DNA from: Schizochytrium sp. TIO01
Lineage: Eukaryota > Protista > Bigyra: Labyrinthulomycetes
NCBI GenBank assembly: GCA_004764695.1
Contig: SMSO01000033.1
Location: 124,001-188,000 of the forward strand
Length of the DNA stretch: 64,000 nt
Direction of reading: 5' to 3'
Below the pieces are notes generated by a model. That model searched no databases and was not told where the DNA came from. It worked only from the letters and a program-made list of their open reading frames with translations. Positions 1-12,911 of the stretch are shown piece by piece. Within the stretch, counting starts at the first letter, position 1; each line of letters opens with the position of its first letter. The position numbers were made by a program, and so were the translations under genes.

Positions 1-340
1 ACCGGGTGTGGTCCACATGTAGTTGGCGCCCCAGAATCGTAGCATTATTGAAGTTGTCCACAGCGAGCACAGTGCTTCTGAAGTCCTCATACTTTAGAAA
101 CCCGAACCCTCGACTTTCTCCAGTATCCTCGTCGCGAACCAGGTGGAAATCCTCAATCTCGCCATACTGGCTGAAAATGCAGAGAACATCTCCTTCGCTC
201 AAGTCACGCGAGAGGCCACCAATAAAGATCCACGAGGTATCACGATAGTCCGCATGCCACGAAGCGCGAAGGTCGCCGGCGATGCCACGCTTCAGCTCCT
301 CGCGATTTAACTCCTCCACAGCGCGACGGTTACCCGCCAT
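1..340 (-). CDS. RBMX2: RRM protein RBMX2/Snu17/Ist3 (RES complex splicing factor); 3' end runs off the window
   Basis: Not in the ORF track. Manual minus-strand translation from ATG at 340 gives MAGNRRAVEELNREELKRGIAGDLRASWHADYRDTSWIFIGGLSRDLSEGDVLCIFSQYGEIEDFHLVRDEDTGESRGFGFLKYEDFRSTVLAVDNFNNATILGRQLHVDHTR. This has SWH.Y, RNP2 (IFIGGL), RNP1 (RGFGFLKY) and the RSTVLAVDN..VDH signature of Snu17/RBMX2. Confidence 0.93.
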   Translation of the reverse strand, partial: MAGNRRAVEELNREELKRGIAGDLRASWHADYRDTSWIFIGGLSRDLSEGDVLCIFSQYGEIEDFHLVRDEDTGESRGFGFLKYEDFRSTVLAVDNFNNATILGRQLHVDHTR

Positions 341-757
341 TGCCAGGCAGCCCACCAACCAGGCAGCTGAATAGACTGGCAGACGCAGCAAAGCCCAAGA
401 AAGAACTTCGATCGCAAGCGAATTGAGGATTGGATTGTGAGTGCCAAAGTTGTCGAGGTTTTCATATGATCCAATCGATTAATTATTTTTTACGGGTTTT
501 CTATTTATAAATTTTTAAAGTCCTTTGCTCCTTTGCAAGAGAGAGGACATTGCGCTACACAACAGAAGCATTGTGAACACAAAATCATACTTGCGAGGCA
601 ATAAACCAAATCTTTGTGAGCTGTGGAAAACCACGAGGGGAAAAAATAAAGCTTCAGAGACATGGTTTGCTAATTGTTGAGGAAACGAAAAAAGCACGAA
701 GTTTTTGTCCATTACTGAATACCTTCAGTGTCCCGCCAAGTATTCTGACTTCAACAT

Positions 758-2413
758 CTAAGACTCGCAGCACCCTGACTCAACAGGTATGACCATGCCA
801 TCTTTTACGCTTCTACTATCATTTTCCAACGTAGGCGTGTTGCTAGTCGTGCTTCTACTATCACTTTCCAATGTAGGCGTGTTGCCAGACGTGCTTCCAT
901 TATCACTTTCAAATGTAGCCGTGTTGCTACTATTATTTTCAGGTGTAATCTGGACGCTTTCAAGCCCGTTACTTGTTTCGAAATTGCCCAGGTCTCCGAA
1001 CTGAGATTTTATCCATTCTCGGATACATTGGAGTTTCTCATACTCTCCTTCTTGTTCATACTCATGTAGGAGTGGTTTGAGCATATTCATCGTACACTCT
1101 TTTTTCTTGTTATCGTTTACATCAAGAATGTCTTCTAGTGACACTAGAAAATTATCAAGAGCATTTTTTTTCTTTGTCTCCTGGTAGCTTTTCCAAAGCT
1201 TCTTGCATAAAATTCCCAAAATATAGAATACCCCGGTGAAAACCATTTTGTTTTCGGTGAGAAGCTTTTTCCATTCATCAGGTAGACGCATGACTACGCT
1301 ATCCCAAAAGAATTCTTTCGTGAAAGGCTTCTCACCACGAAATATTTCCCATATATCAAAACAAAACTGAGCATTTTCTAGGGCAAAGAAAAAAACTGTT
1401 TTTGCACCCTCGCGTAACCAGGTTATACTACATGGAACATAATCGATAGTCTCGAGATCGTCCAGAGCTTCCTCCATAAGATCCATGCAGAAACGAATGT
1501 AGTCCCATTCTACAGGATAATCTGGAGCCTCTGGAAGTGGATCCTTGAACTTTTCTCTAGCATTGCAAAAAAATGACCTGTTCATGAAACTCAAAAGCCA
1601 GTCGACCCGGAAACAAACTGCTATATCATGGGTCGAAAATTGTCCCTCACTAGGTTCTACGGAGTTGACTTTACCAATCAAACAGTAAAGAACTCCTCTC
1701 TCGTCAAGAATGGGTCGACCTGAGTGTCCTAACTGAATTTGAAAGGGAGTTTCAATTTGGGCAATCGGAGAGTTCATACCTTGAGAATTCGTAGATGATC
1801 TTTTCCTCTTCAAGGACATGTCCCGTCTGTAAGATGGAGCCTTGCTACGTTCGATATCACGCCATGGAACATTAAAGGATTGACCAAGCGTTGGATCGTC
1901 GTCGCTAACCCTTTTTGCAATCGAAGCTTTAAACATCACGCGCAGCTTAGGTACATCCTTCTTGAAGAAATGGACATAGTAAATTGAGAAGTCAAATTCG
2001 CTCGGGAAAATAAAAGATTCAGTCACACCCTTTACAGGGATAAAATCTTTACTTAGTCCTTCTAGTGTAAGCGACTCTCCAGCCAAAATCCAACGAACGT
2101 GTCGAGGAAGAATCATCGGAATTTTTAGATCAGTATCGAAATCTTTTTCATCATTGCAGCTACTGGTCAGAGCTTTACTTAACAGAAGGAGGCAGTGGCC
2201 TTTAGCTCCAGTTTTGTCACTCTTCATTGCAAACCAACCTACATTGTCGATTCCGCTTTCTGCTGCAAGATTCACCATCCAGTAATCTGGACAGTCCCAT
2301 AACTTGTTGTAGTCTTTATGAATTCCGTTTTCACAGATAACTCTTTCATAACGCCTCTGCCTTGGGCCTTTCTCCTTTTTCTTAGTATCACTAGACTGTG
2401 GTCTAGACAGCAT
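758..2413 (-). CDS. Hypothetical 551-aa protein, no recognised domain; C-terminal 14-aa repeats
   Basis: Uninterrupted 1.65-kb ORF with ATG start and a globular-looking composition; visibly more AT-rich than neighbouring genes. Confidence 0.7.
   Translation of the reverse strand: MLSRPQSSDTKKKEKGPRQRRYERVICENGIHKDYNKLWDCPDYWMVNLAAESGIDNVGWFAMKSDKTGAKGHCLLLLSKALTSSCNDEKDFDTDLKIPMILPRHVRWILAGESLTLEGLSKDFIPVKGVTESFIFPSEFDFSIYYVHFFKKDVPKLRVMFKASIAKRVSDDDPTLGQSFNVPWRDIERSKAPSYRRDMSLKRKRSSTNSQGMNSPIAQIETPFQIQLGHSGRPILDERGVLYCLIGKVNSVEPSEGQFSTHDIAVCFRVDWLLSFMNRSFFCNAREKFKDPLPEAPDYPVEWDYIRFCMDLMEEALDDLETIDYVPCSITWLREGAKTVFFFALENAQFCFDIWEIFRGEKPFTKEFFWDSVVMRLPDEWKKLLTENKMVFTGVFYILGILCKKLWKSYQETKKKNALDNFLVSLEDILDVNDNKKKECTMNMLKPLLHEYEQEGEYEKLQCIREWIKSQFGDLGNFETSNGLESVQITPENNSSNTATFESDNGSTSGNTPTLESDSRSTTSNTPTLENDSRSVKDGMVIPVESGCCES
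809..929. repeat. Coding tandem repeat, 42-bp period, about 3 copies
   Basis: Units start at 809, 851 and 893 (gcttctactatcattttccaacgtaggcgtgttgctagtcgt and variants); they encode SSNTATFESDNGST / SGNTPTLESDSRST / TSNTPTLENDSRSV. Confidence 0.9.
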
Positions 2414-5400
2414 TGGCTCGACGTGAAGTGTCTATTTGCACAGAGAGAATGCAACTCTCAAATGCTAATGAAACAAGCAGTGCGTCCACGTTCTTCTCCC
2501 CAATAAACCAACCGCGATTGCACAGACCACCCCACTCCTGCAACCAGGTCAAGAACTAACTCGGTGTGATTGCAGCTTTCAGCTCCTTTCCAAGCGCTTC
2601 CAGCTCGGCTTGTCACACCTCTTGACCAGCTTGCAGCTTGTAGATCTTCGCTCTTCAGACTCGCTGCCAACCGCTTTCCTTGGCTGTCCTACTTGCCGAG
2701 GAAGCCTAGACACAGGCTCCCTCGACCGTGAGGTCCCTCTTGCACTTGAATAGAAGAGTGAATTCTTTGGAGGTTGCTGTCCAAGTTTCCGCCCGGGTCT
2801 ACCGTATTCGAGGTTTGCTCGCCCTCGATTCTGAGTATCGCTTCTTCAAGTTTCATTCTTCATCGAACCTTCGCGAAGCTTTAAACATCAGGACGTTTAC
2901 TTGTGACAATTAAGGCAACGTTTAATCGTCGTCGTTAGTTCCTGTGAATCTAACTGTCATAGCTCCGGAGGTGTTCTCTGCTCTTTATGCGCATGCCAGC
3001 GTGGACAGCTCATCTTGCCTCTCCACGATCACTCTCGTCTGAGCAACGCCTCAAGCTTGCAACGAACAGGTGAGTGGAACAGGTACAACCTGGCCAGATA
3101 TCTTCTTTCGATGACTCTCTCGCTCGCAAGTCCACTGGGTCGCTCGAGACAGCGAAGTTAGTCACAGTTCCTGGGACCTCCGATGTTCTCACATGAGTTA
3201 AACGAAAGAACGAAAGACGAAAGAACCAAACAAAGTGACCCAATTGTTTTTAAAATTCCAATTTTGGGCCTATTCAACGTGTTCTGTTCTGTGAGTGTTC
3301 CCTTTGTTTTGCGCCTGTGATGGTTGACACAGAGACATTGGAATTGGATGCGCAATGGAGAAGTGGGTCTGATGAAGGAGGCTATCAGAGTTATGTGTTT
3401 GATAGGCCATAGCCGAGTGCGGGTTTGTTATGAATCACATTGATCGATTCAGGTACTCGGTCCTACTGATGTGGTAGTGCATTTGAAAAAGACTGGCGAA
3501 TTGTGCTTCTTTACATTCTCGCTTGACGGTCCTCTTTTCTCCAAGTATAGAAAGAGATTGAGCGGTGTTTGATGTTTCTTTCTCGATACATTTAACTTAG
3601 AAGTAAATACCGCAATGTACATTAATTAGATCTTATGAGGCAAAATTGTGTGCAAGACTTTTCAGATGCTGCGGCTGGGAACTGAAATACACAAGCATTT
3701 CCCAAACCTAAAATCGGTTTTATATAATCAGTGGCGAGCTTCTTGGCATTTTTACGGAAATGGGACCACAAGTCTGGTAATGTTTATGGCTTTACCTGTG
3801 CGTGTGCCAGATTTCGTCGGGTTCTATGGTATGCCCCAGCAGGGGGACGTTTGCCTACCTTCGAAAATTGGCAAGAAAGGAAAAGATAACACATACTCCT
3901 GCTTTTAAGTTTTCCAAGTGATACGCCCTGAGGTAGGGCGGCTCTTTTTAATGTCTAAGAGAAACATTGGATCTTCCCGAGCAGGGTTGTTTTATGAAAT
4001 CCCTCTTTCACAGAAGAACTCGTGGCATAATTAAGAGCCACTTTCCGCTCATGCATATGCTCCGCGTCATTTCTCGAAGAGGCAGCGCGCGGCAGCCAAA
4101 TCGCCGGTGCAGACATTACTCCAAAGAGGGTGATTGTAAGTTGCAAGAGTACGATGGTAGTTCATAAACAAGGTAAAAGATGGCGTGCGCCATTTGGTAA
4201 GCGCACGCCCAGCCCTAGAAATCTAACCACAGGACATTGCAAAAGAGGACACGTGCCTCTTCTTCTGAGAATTATCGCAGCAATAACAGAAAGGACCATA
4301 GAATCAAAGAAGGCAGCACTCCTCGCCCCATGTATGTGAGTGATTGTTTGGGCCTGAGTTTTTCGCCAAGCCATAAGATTTTCACTTCTTAACTCTGACT
4401 ACCAGTGACGTCCGCCATTCATTCGCATATAATCATGCAGCATTCATTTTCAAGCATTTTGCAGATAGGTAGATACTACCATGATTTCGATTAACGTAAG
4501 GCGAAGACAAGTCTGGAAGAAAGTACATAGTGTAATGGGGAGCCAGTTTCTCTCTGTCTTGCTAATAATTTGGCAGGCAGCCAAAGCACAAGCTGAGTGT
4601 CTGCTGTGGTCATACAAGACCTTTAGAAAGAAAAAGTACACATGATAAATAATATCATGCAAAATTGTGCTACTTTCACAACTGCACGATTGCGCCCAAT
4701 GCCCACCAAGTCGTTTTTATTTGTTCTCAAGGACACAAGCAAGCAGACCGTGTCAGTAGGATCATTGAGAATTTCTCCAAGAATTGTAAAATATAAGGGA
4801 AACAAAAAAGCAAACAAAAGGCATAAAGGGGGTTGAGGTCGCTTGAAGCGTAGTTAGCTACTAGGTTAACCAATCCATAGATTGTTGATGGTGGTGTAAT
4901 ATATGTAATAGTCATGAATATGTCATTGAAACAAACGGAAGAAACGGAGGACAAAGGAATACAGCACGTACAGACGATAGGAGGCCAGCGAGAGTTTTGC
5001 TTGTGCCTCAATAGTCTGATTTATTGTCATGTGAAAGAACTTGGAAAAAGTGATGTCGATATGACGAGTTGAACGTGAGAGAATGTGAAGTACGCCAGCT
5101 CATTATAATGCACTGCATGATCAGGACTTGTGCTAGCCTGACTTGAGGCTACTTTGAGCAGGAGGGGCATTAAGCATGTACTTGTAATATCACTGATAAT
5201 ATCACTGATGCTGCTGTTGCCGTATATACGAAGGATGTGCACGCTTACATCGCAAATGGAGATGCACTTCTGTTCAAGCGTGCCCATCTAAAAAGGAGAA
5301 GGAAGGTCCAAGAGGAACAATCACGACGCCTTGGGAGAGTCATGGTGCAAATTGCCGTAAGATGAGTCTTGAGGGAATATAATCAAGGCACTTCTTAAGG

Positions 5401-5421
5401 TAAAGAGTGGTGCCAAATCGT

Positions 5422-6738
5422 TTAGACTTGGCTGTTCTCATCGTCGCCATCGCAGGTGTTGTGCCTTGATCCCTTGGACCCACGTGCACTCATTCGCTTG
5501 ATGTGAAGGAAACTTCGTTGCAGGAAAGATTCTTTGCTGCCTGCAGAGCGGCTGCTTCCTCGATGGCCCGCACTTAGCGCAGAAAATGTGCTAGACGTTG
5601 CACTGCCGCGGCTGCTGGCAACGGCCTCAATCTCTGAGTCGCCCGAAATGCCTGACCTGTGTACCAGGACCTTGGCGTCTCGCGTTGTTTTTCCAAAACC
5701 GTAATCTGACAGAAACTGTCTGATTTCAGGCGTAGCATCGACCATAGCGTATCCATCAATATCCTCAGCACCTAGCTGCAGTAGTTTCTTGACCACGTGG
5801 AGATGTCCGCGAACGGCAGCATAATAGAGCGCGGTGCGTTTGCCTTCAGGAGCGTTGACGTCCGGTTCTGGAGCATCGATGTCGACGACCTTTTGATGCA
5901 GCAGTCTAAGGACCGTCTCGGAATCTCCTTTTCGAGCCGCTGACCACAGCGAGCTACCACGGGACTTTCCCAAACGGTGATGATGGCGGCTCCGCGTGCT
6001 ATGTTTTTTCTTGCCATCGCCCTCAACACTAGCACATGTGCCTGCAAACTCTGGCAGCATGGCGTCCAGCTGAATCTCAGAGGCTCTGGTCTTGCGCTGC
6101 TCGATGCCAGAGGAGTCGAATTGTACAACATAGGTGTTTCCTTGGCGGCCTTCTGGCCTTACAATTGTGGCAGGCTCGAATTTATCGGTGTCATGGTCTA
6201 CTGCTCTGCATGATGCTCCTGCGCATAGCATGGGTGACCTGCTACGCACGAAAAATGCCCTTTGCAAATCAACAAGGCGGGTTTCGTATTGGACGGTGCG
6301 GTTCTTCAAGAATTGCACGGTGTACGAGTGTTTGATGCCATTAAAGTCTAGCGGCACGACTTCGATGACTTCTGCCGGGTAGAAGCTATCGTTTGAATGG
6401 TACAGCGCTCTGCACCTTTCTCCAATCCTAAACCTCACTTCTCGTCGAGAGTTGTTCGAGCCTTCATGCTCGAGGCCATCTCCCGACGACTCCCCATCGA
6501 CAGCGACCTCTTCTTCTTCATCCGAGCTCAGCTCCCAGTAGTTGCGTCGAGCTTGCCCCATCTCAGGGTCCTGCGAGTATTTCAGGTTCTGATACCCTCG
6601 ACCTCCGCCATGCTCTCTAGTATGGTGTTTTGTCATATCTCCTTGATGCCCATATCCAGCTTTGCCTCTCTTGCTGTGCCCACTCTTTTCTCCTGTTGCC
6701 TCACCGGCGTGCAGGTGCGCCGTGAGTTTCCGGAGCAT
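5422..6738 (-). CDS. Protein with two Tudor/SH3-fold-like repeats and an ankyrin-repeat domain
   Basis: First ATG at 6738 (the track start at 6768 is GTG). Two similar modules, FRIGERCRALYHSNDSFYPAEVIEV...YTVQF and LCAGASCRAVDHDTDKFEPATIVR...YVVQF, resemble Tudor domains. Ankyrin motifs are LWSAARKGDSETVLRLL and RTALYYAAVRGHLHVVKKLLQLGA. Confidence 0.8.
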   Translation of the reverse strand: MLRKLTAHLHAGEATGEKSGHSKRGKAGYGHQGDMTKHHTREHGGGRGYQNLKYSQDPEMGQARRNYWELSSDEEEEVAVDGESSGDGLEHEGSNNSRREVRFRIGERCRALYHSNDSFYPAEVIEVVPLDFNGIKHSYTVQFLKNRTVQYETRLVDLQRAFFVRSRSPMLCAGASCRAVDHDTDKFEPATIVRPEGRQGNTYVVQFDSSGIEQRKTRASEIQLDAMLPEFAGTCASVEGDGKKKHSTRSRHHHRLGKSRGSSLWSAARKGDSETVLRLLHQKVVDIDAPEPDVNAPEGKRTALYYAAVRGHLHVVKKLLQLGAEDIDGYAMVDATPEIRQFLSDYGFGKTTRDAKVLVHRSGISGDSEIEAVASSRGSATSSTFSALSAGHRGSSRSAGSKESFLQRSFLHIKRMSARGSKGSRHNTCDGDDENSQV

Positions 6739-7132
6739 GCTCCTCTGAGGTTTGCAAGTGCCGCACACTTCTATGTGTCTCTAGCTTAAACTCTTAGGAG
6801 TGCGTGTGCACAGGTCCTGTAAGTTAGGCCCCCGTTTAATTTTTGTTAGTTTTCGATGTTTTTGCTTCTATTCAAAAAAGTTTTTATTGAACGATGACTT
6901 CGTTCTTTTCTTTGGGAAAACAAGAGAAGAGAAAAGAAAGAAAAAGAGTGCAGAGGGTCTGGGCTCGCTCGGGTAGTTGCCTGCCTGTCTCTTGTTACCT
7001 TGTAACTTCCTCGGGCTGGTTGGGGCGAGTCAGTCAGATGCGAGGGAGGACTATGGCAAAGGAAGGAAGGAGAGTGGGTTCCAACTTGGTTTGGGAGACG
7101 CAGGAAGAAAGAACAGAAAGGCGCGCTTTCAA

Positions 7133-7160
7133 CTTCTTCTTCTTCTTCTTCTTCTTCTTC
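7133..7160. repeat. (CTT)n microsatellite within a pyrimidine-rich tract
   Basis: About 9 CTT units, read directly. Confidence 0.9.
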
Positions 7161-8422
7161 CTTTCTTTCTTTCCTCTCTTTTCTTCTTCTTTCCTTTCCT
7201 TTATTTCTGCTCTTCTTCTTTCCTACTTACTTCGTTTCCAAGTGCTTCTCACTTTGTTAAATGACGATCGCTCACTTTCGCTTTCGTTTCCTTCCTTCGT
7301 TTCTCGTTAACTTTCTCTCTCTCTCTCCGTCTCTGTCTCTGATCGCGGTTTTATCACTTTTAATCGTCCTCTCGCGGTCCCAGTCTGCACAAGAATGTTA
7401 GGCGAACTTTTCTTTCGAAATCAACACAGAAAGAAGTCTTAGCAACAAGACACAGCGAACCTAGCCAAGACGAACTTGGAGACGAAGACGAAGACGAAGA
7501 TGGTGGATGAGCGAGCACTTCGTCTGAAAGACGAATGAGCTTCTTTCTGGCTAGCCGACTGCCTGCCTGCCTGCGGCAACTTGCGTCTCGAAGTTATTAT
7601 GCTGCTTCTTTCTTTTACTCGCGGATCGAAAACGAATGTAATGCTGTTTAGAGCGCGGCACGTGCGGGACGGCCTTCAAGATGGCCAGTACTTGACGTTG
7701 CGTGCGCCAAGCGAGTGCGAGCGAGGTAGTGCCAGCCCCCTCTGCTGTATTTGTCTTCTGGTGGAGATTGTTCTTAGACCTCCTTTGCTCCGTTCGCTTC
7801 TACAGCTGGCGATGCTGTATGTCTGTTTTTTTAATCTGGTTAGCTTAGGTTAGTGGTAGTGAGAAAACCAAACTAAAATCGGCAAAAGAGAAAAAGAAAC
7901 AATAAAATGTGCGCGTGCGTGCGTTTGACTTGCGCTCTCGGGTTCTCTCTCTTCCCAGAAAGAAGAATCACCCAAAATTGAAGCCAAAATCAATCGAAAT
8001 CAAACTCGCTCAGCTCAAACTTATCGAATCGAGTTGAGATACAGGCAGACAGTTCGTTGGCCGCCACAGACTTCGCAAAGAGGAACTCAAGGTCTATGTC
8101 CACGATTTCGATTCTCGGGGACTTTTACTATTTGGAGAGCTCCTCGCTCAACACGCTATGAGAGCCAAAAGTATGGGTGCCGAGAGACTCCCGTTCCCTC
8201 TTCCGCTCAATTTGCACAGGGCGATCGAGAGAGGAACTTCACGTGGGCTCGAGCTTGAACTTGGCTAGCGAGGACTTGCTGTTGTCTGAAAGAAGAAACC
8301 TGAGCAGGTGCAAGCAAAAGCTTTGCTGCCTTTATCTCTCGTTGCTGCTCACTCGCGTCTGCCTGCGTCCGATAGCTAAGTGAGGTTAGGCGCGCAGAAG
8401 AGCCGAGGACTTCGATGCGAGC

Positions 8423-8474
8423 GAATGAGTGAGTGAGTGAGTGAGTGAATGAATGAGTGAGTGAGTGAGTGAAT
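8423..8474. repeat. (GAGT/GAAT)n tetranucleotide microsatellite
   Basis: Read directly. Confidence 0.9.
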
Positions 8475-11400
8475 TTTGTGATGGAACCTTGAACCCTTTT
8501 TATTAATTTTTGAAAGAAAAAGTATAAAACTTTTTTAATTCAAAAGTTTCAAGTCCTTTCACGCGTGGTACACACTCCCTCTTCTTTTTCCTCTATTTCT
8601 CTATTTCAGTCGCTCTTTCTTTCCACTTGATTCACGTGCTTTTTAATCTTTTGGTGATCTTGAGTAGAAGTAATGGGGTGACTACGAGCGCAGCCAAGGG
8701 CCGAGTTAAGAGGACTGTGAATTTCCTAGTTGACGCTACGAGGTGAAGAGCGCAACGCGAGGAAAACCTTACTATGCCTAGTCTCCTCCCAGCCTAGCTC
8801 AACGATATCTATGCAAAGATGGGAGTAGCAAAACGAAGATACCCAGGCCTCTTAGACAAGTTTGAGGCCTACTAGTTTCCTTGGGTGTGGTAGTTTGGTT
8901 TCCTATTCTCGTTGCTCTGGGGCGTTGAATTTGGCAAAACTTTAGAACTCCTTCCACAACTCGGCCAGATATGTGTGCAGTTGTACAGGATAAACTAATC
9001 ACGCGAGCTTGGCCAGACCGTCGTTGCGCAAATCTCACTAGGTTGTGAGATGATCCCGGAACCAAATGCCCGCCTCCTCTGGAATGGATCCAATGGAAGT
9101 TTGTCACAACGACAGAGGTTGAGCAAATTCACTTTAGGAGCAAAAGTGCCTAATAGCTATCCTCAAACCTTGATCAGGCAAGCTCTCCTCAAATCTGGCA
9201 AATAAGTGTATATAGCTTCGCGTGATCAAGGAATTCTTAATTTGAAACCAAAATTGGAAAGGACAAAGGATGCCTGGGATCCTCTCGATAGCCCAGAAGG
9301 ATCTATCAATGCACGAAATGCACTGGCCAACTCAAACCCCTCAAATGCTGCCTCTCGTTCTGATAATGAACTTGGAATTTGTCAACCAATGATGCAATGA
9401 ACCAAACGAATCCCAAGATTCTGTCAATCACAACGGATTTTTAGGCTAGCTATGCCACGCAGAAAAATAAACCAAGCTTCAAGCCTTCACAACAGTATCT
9501 CAATCTCGCTTCACTAACGTTTGCACGAAAAGCTTTGCCCCAGGAGGAAAGAATTCGTCTGTATTTGCAAAAACTGCTTATTTACTCAGCTGGCCCGTGA
9601 GCAATCCCTTTTGTTTGCAAACCAATTGAAAAAGAGAGATGCGAGACCCAAGCTTCGACTGATGCACTAGGAGCTGCAACGCAGAGAATACCCCAATGGC
9701 CAACGACCCTTGCCGTTTGGATGATCTTCAAGTGGCTCCACTCCACCTTGCCCCTCCAAGTCGCTCAGTAGCAGTGTGCACAATACTGATGGCGGGGCGA
9801 TCAGGAGCTGAAGCAGCGAGTTCTGGGTCCTTGCTCGTCCCTGTCCGCCTCGCTGCTCCGAACACGAAATAGGTTTAAAGGCCCGCTCGCTCGCCTCTGC
9901 TGCGGCGGCGCTGCTGGATACCTTTATGCCTGGCGACGAGTGGACGCCGCTCGAACAGTACCGTAGCGAGACAGTACAGAGAAGAGAATGGCCAATGGGC
10001 TTTCCAAGGAAATACTGTAGAAGTCAAGCTAGGTCCCTCGCTCACCGTTCCCGCGCTCGTTCGCGCAAAAGCTACGGCGCCACGGACCTCAAGCGCAGAC
10101 TTTGTTGCCAAAGGCCTCCAGCTGTGGCACCGAGCGCAGCTCGGCCAGCGATGGAGTAGCTACGTAGGTATTACTGTGCTTTTCTAAGTACGGTGCGAGG
10201 AATGGACTCGATGTGCAATCGACGGTGAGTCTTGCAACTATATATATAAAACCAGCGGTAACTCTTAAAATACAACTTGAAGCGTAAAAACTAGTGTTCT
10301 CCTCAATCCTTTTCTGTGTTGTCAAAGTGTACATGCCAGGGGCCAAGAAGCTTTGAACGGAGCTAGCATCAGAAGAAACGTGATACAGTGCAGGTTGATG
10401 TAGATCCTGAGAAGACAGTGGCGAGGGCTCCGCCTGGCGGAAGGCCAGAGAGGGCTCGCATCAAGGGGGCAAGAGCTCTCCATAGAGCTTCAGTAAACTC
10501 GTATCAAAGCCTCCGCAGCAACACGCCACTGTGGCGGCACGCGCTGTATTAAGAAAAGTACCACCTTAAAGAAGGGTGCCAAAAGCTGGAGATAAGCAGA
10601 TATACACAGAGAGATAAGGACCAGGCGAAGGCAGCCTCGTCGCTTCCGACTGAAAGCACCTCGATTCAATGTGGTGCGTGTGCTGCTGGTGTGTACTATG
10701 CTTTATCTCAGGGTCTTCGCCTTTGAAAACTATGGACTTCGAGAGGCAACTTGTTGCAGAATAAGTAGCAATATTTGATGCCACTACTCTAGCTAGGTAT
10801 TCGAGGTATCGAGAATTGAGGTCGCTGGGTATACCCGAAAGGCTACCTAGAAACCTAGGGACTAGGTATAGCTTTAACTTCCTACCTAGCTGGTGTAAGT
10901 AGGATGATGGGTGATCTTCGTATTGTTGGGAATAGGGCTTGGGGATTGTTGCTATATGATGAGACGCTTGAATGAACCATGCGATATTGGCTTTACGTAG
11001 ATCGTCGGTACTCCAATAATTTATACAGTTTTATTCTTTTCTCGACTATCTATATTCAGTGTCATCATTTCTTGACAGGAACGACCTTGCTGCTTTGCAT
11101 TTTTACGACACAACGACGACAAATTAGTCAGCAAACCTAAGCTGAAGAAGAGCGAGAATTATCATGTTGCAAGGGTGGTGATGAGGAGGCGAGTAGCGAA
11201 AAGCCAACTATATAGTATTACTTAGGGGTCTTGACTACCATCTTTGGTTTTATATACCATTTTTTTGTGTGATTATATATAGAACCACGAAAAGTGAAAA
11301 GATGTTTTAGGTTTGATTATCTAGCAATTGCTTTAAGGTCACGTACTGCAAGTAGTTTGCAAGGATGATGAATGATGATGACACTAGTATCAGTTATGAT

Positions 11401-12882
11401 CGATGCACCAAAGTTTATTAATTCATTTATTCATTTATTTAGCATGTCTTCTTAATGTGATTTATTTTTCGTAAAAAGAAGTAAAACTTTAAGTTTCTTG
11501 GAAAAAGAACATTACTTACAAATCAGTGTGCATTTTCTCTCATGCTTGCTTGTGATGTCGAACCTTCGAGTACGGCGTATGTTAAAAGTCACGGCCCAAG
11601 GCTTTCACTTGTAGCATCAGGTATCACCTCATAGCGCTATGAGTAAAATCGAAAGCAGTTGTTCTCTTTTCAAATGTCGTCACTTCCTGTTTTTTGTTCA
11701 CTTATGAGCTAGCTACCTTCTTCAAGGTTGCAGAAAAACAGTTTGTCACTCTGCAGCAGCAATACTGATGATGACCTTGAAAGTTTCTTTCTTTTTTCTC
11801 TGATGCATCCTTCTCTATAGAGGCAGCCGTGGCTCGAGCCCAAAGAATGCCCGCTGCCAACTAGCCCAATGTTTGATTTGTGTTGAAATGTTTGCCATGA
11901 TCGGTTGGATCGGTCAACTTGAATCGACTGCCTGGGCCCTGGAGCTCACGGCAATCATATTAGATAAACTAGCGTCTCTAACGCAAGTTCCATCCGCAAA
12001 AGAGGCAATAGCGGCGAATAGGAAAACCGGAGGCTCCGATCTTACAAGTAGAACTTCAGTCTTGCCATGGTTTAAGAACTTGAGGGCGCTTTCCTAAGCT
12101 CAATTCTTTGCGTAGCGGTGACAGGAAGCACCTGATTATTACTATGAACTGATTTGATTCTCAAGCGCAGATTTGATGGAACAACCACGTTTCGAGAACC
12201 GTCAGAAGGAAATCGAGCAAATGTGCCCAAGGAAGAAAGAACTTGATAAGAACCCTCTGGCAAATGCTTAGACGATGATTTTTTTGTCCATTGGAAGGTG
12301 CCAAGCTCCTGCCGAGCTACTCCTACTCTTGAGTCTTGCTCTTGGTGCTCAAACCGGCGTCATCACATGCATCATAGTAACTTATATGATGTTCATTGTA
12401 CTATTGTTTCGAGTTCAAGAAGACAGCAACAACAGCAGCCAACGGCAGAATGGACTTCTTCCATCCAGGTAATCACCCGTTTCTTATCATCGTCGTAGAA
12501 GTCACGGTAGTACTTATATTCTTGAGGCAGAATGAAGACCACATGATCTTGAGCAGACCGACCTGACAGAACCGCAGGGCCTCATTTACCTTAAAGATTG
12601 AACGACTACCCTTGTGCATGATCTCTTCTCTCAGGTTTGTTGCCCTGGGGCATTTGCGCAGAGCTAACTGCAAAGAGAAGTAGTTTGATAGACTGGGAGA
12701 ACTTGAATGTTTTTTATTCTTTCTTTCTTTCTTTTTCCTTCACTCAAGCAGCGTGGTGCAATAATACCGGACGCTACTGCTCGCTTTTTTGTCGATGAGC
12801 ACACACTTTTACTGCAAATTGCAGAGGAAATGATGATGCTGATGAACAATTTACTTAGCTCGTAGCTTATGCATGACTTGGA

Positions 12883-12911
12883 ATCATCATCATCATCATC
12901 ATCATCATCAT
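12883..12911. repeat. (ATC)n microsatellite
   Basis: Read directly. Confidence 0.9.

Noticed and set aside
3070-3332. Possible plus-strand intron (AG|GTGAGT ... ACAG|) implying a small gene
   Set aside because: The flanking frames stop within about 30 codons; unsupported without RNA data.
6894-7310. 138-aa Phe-rich ORF, and similarly 17808-18161 and 59919-60293
   Set aside because: These are open only because of pyrimidine microsatellites and have no protein-like complexity.
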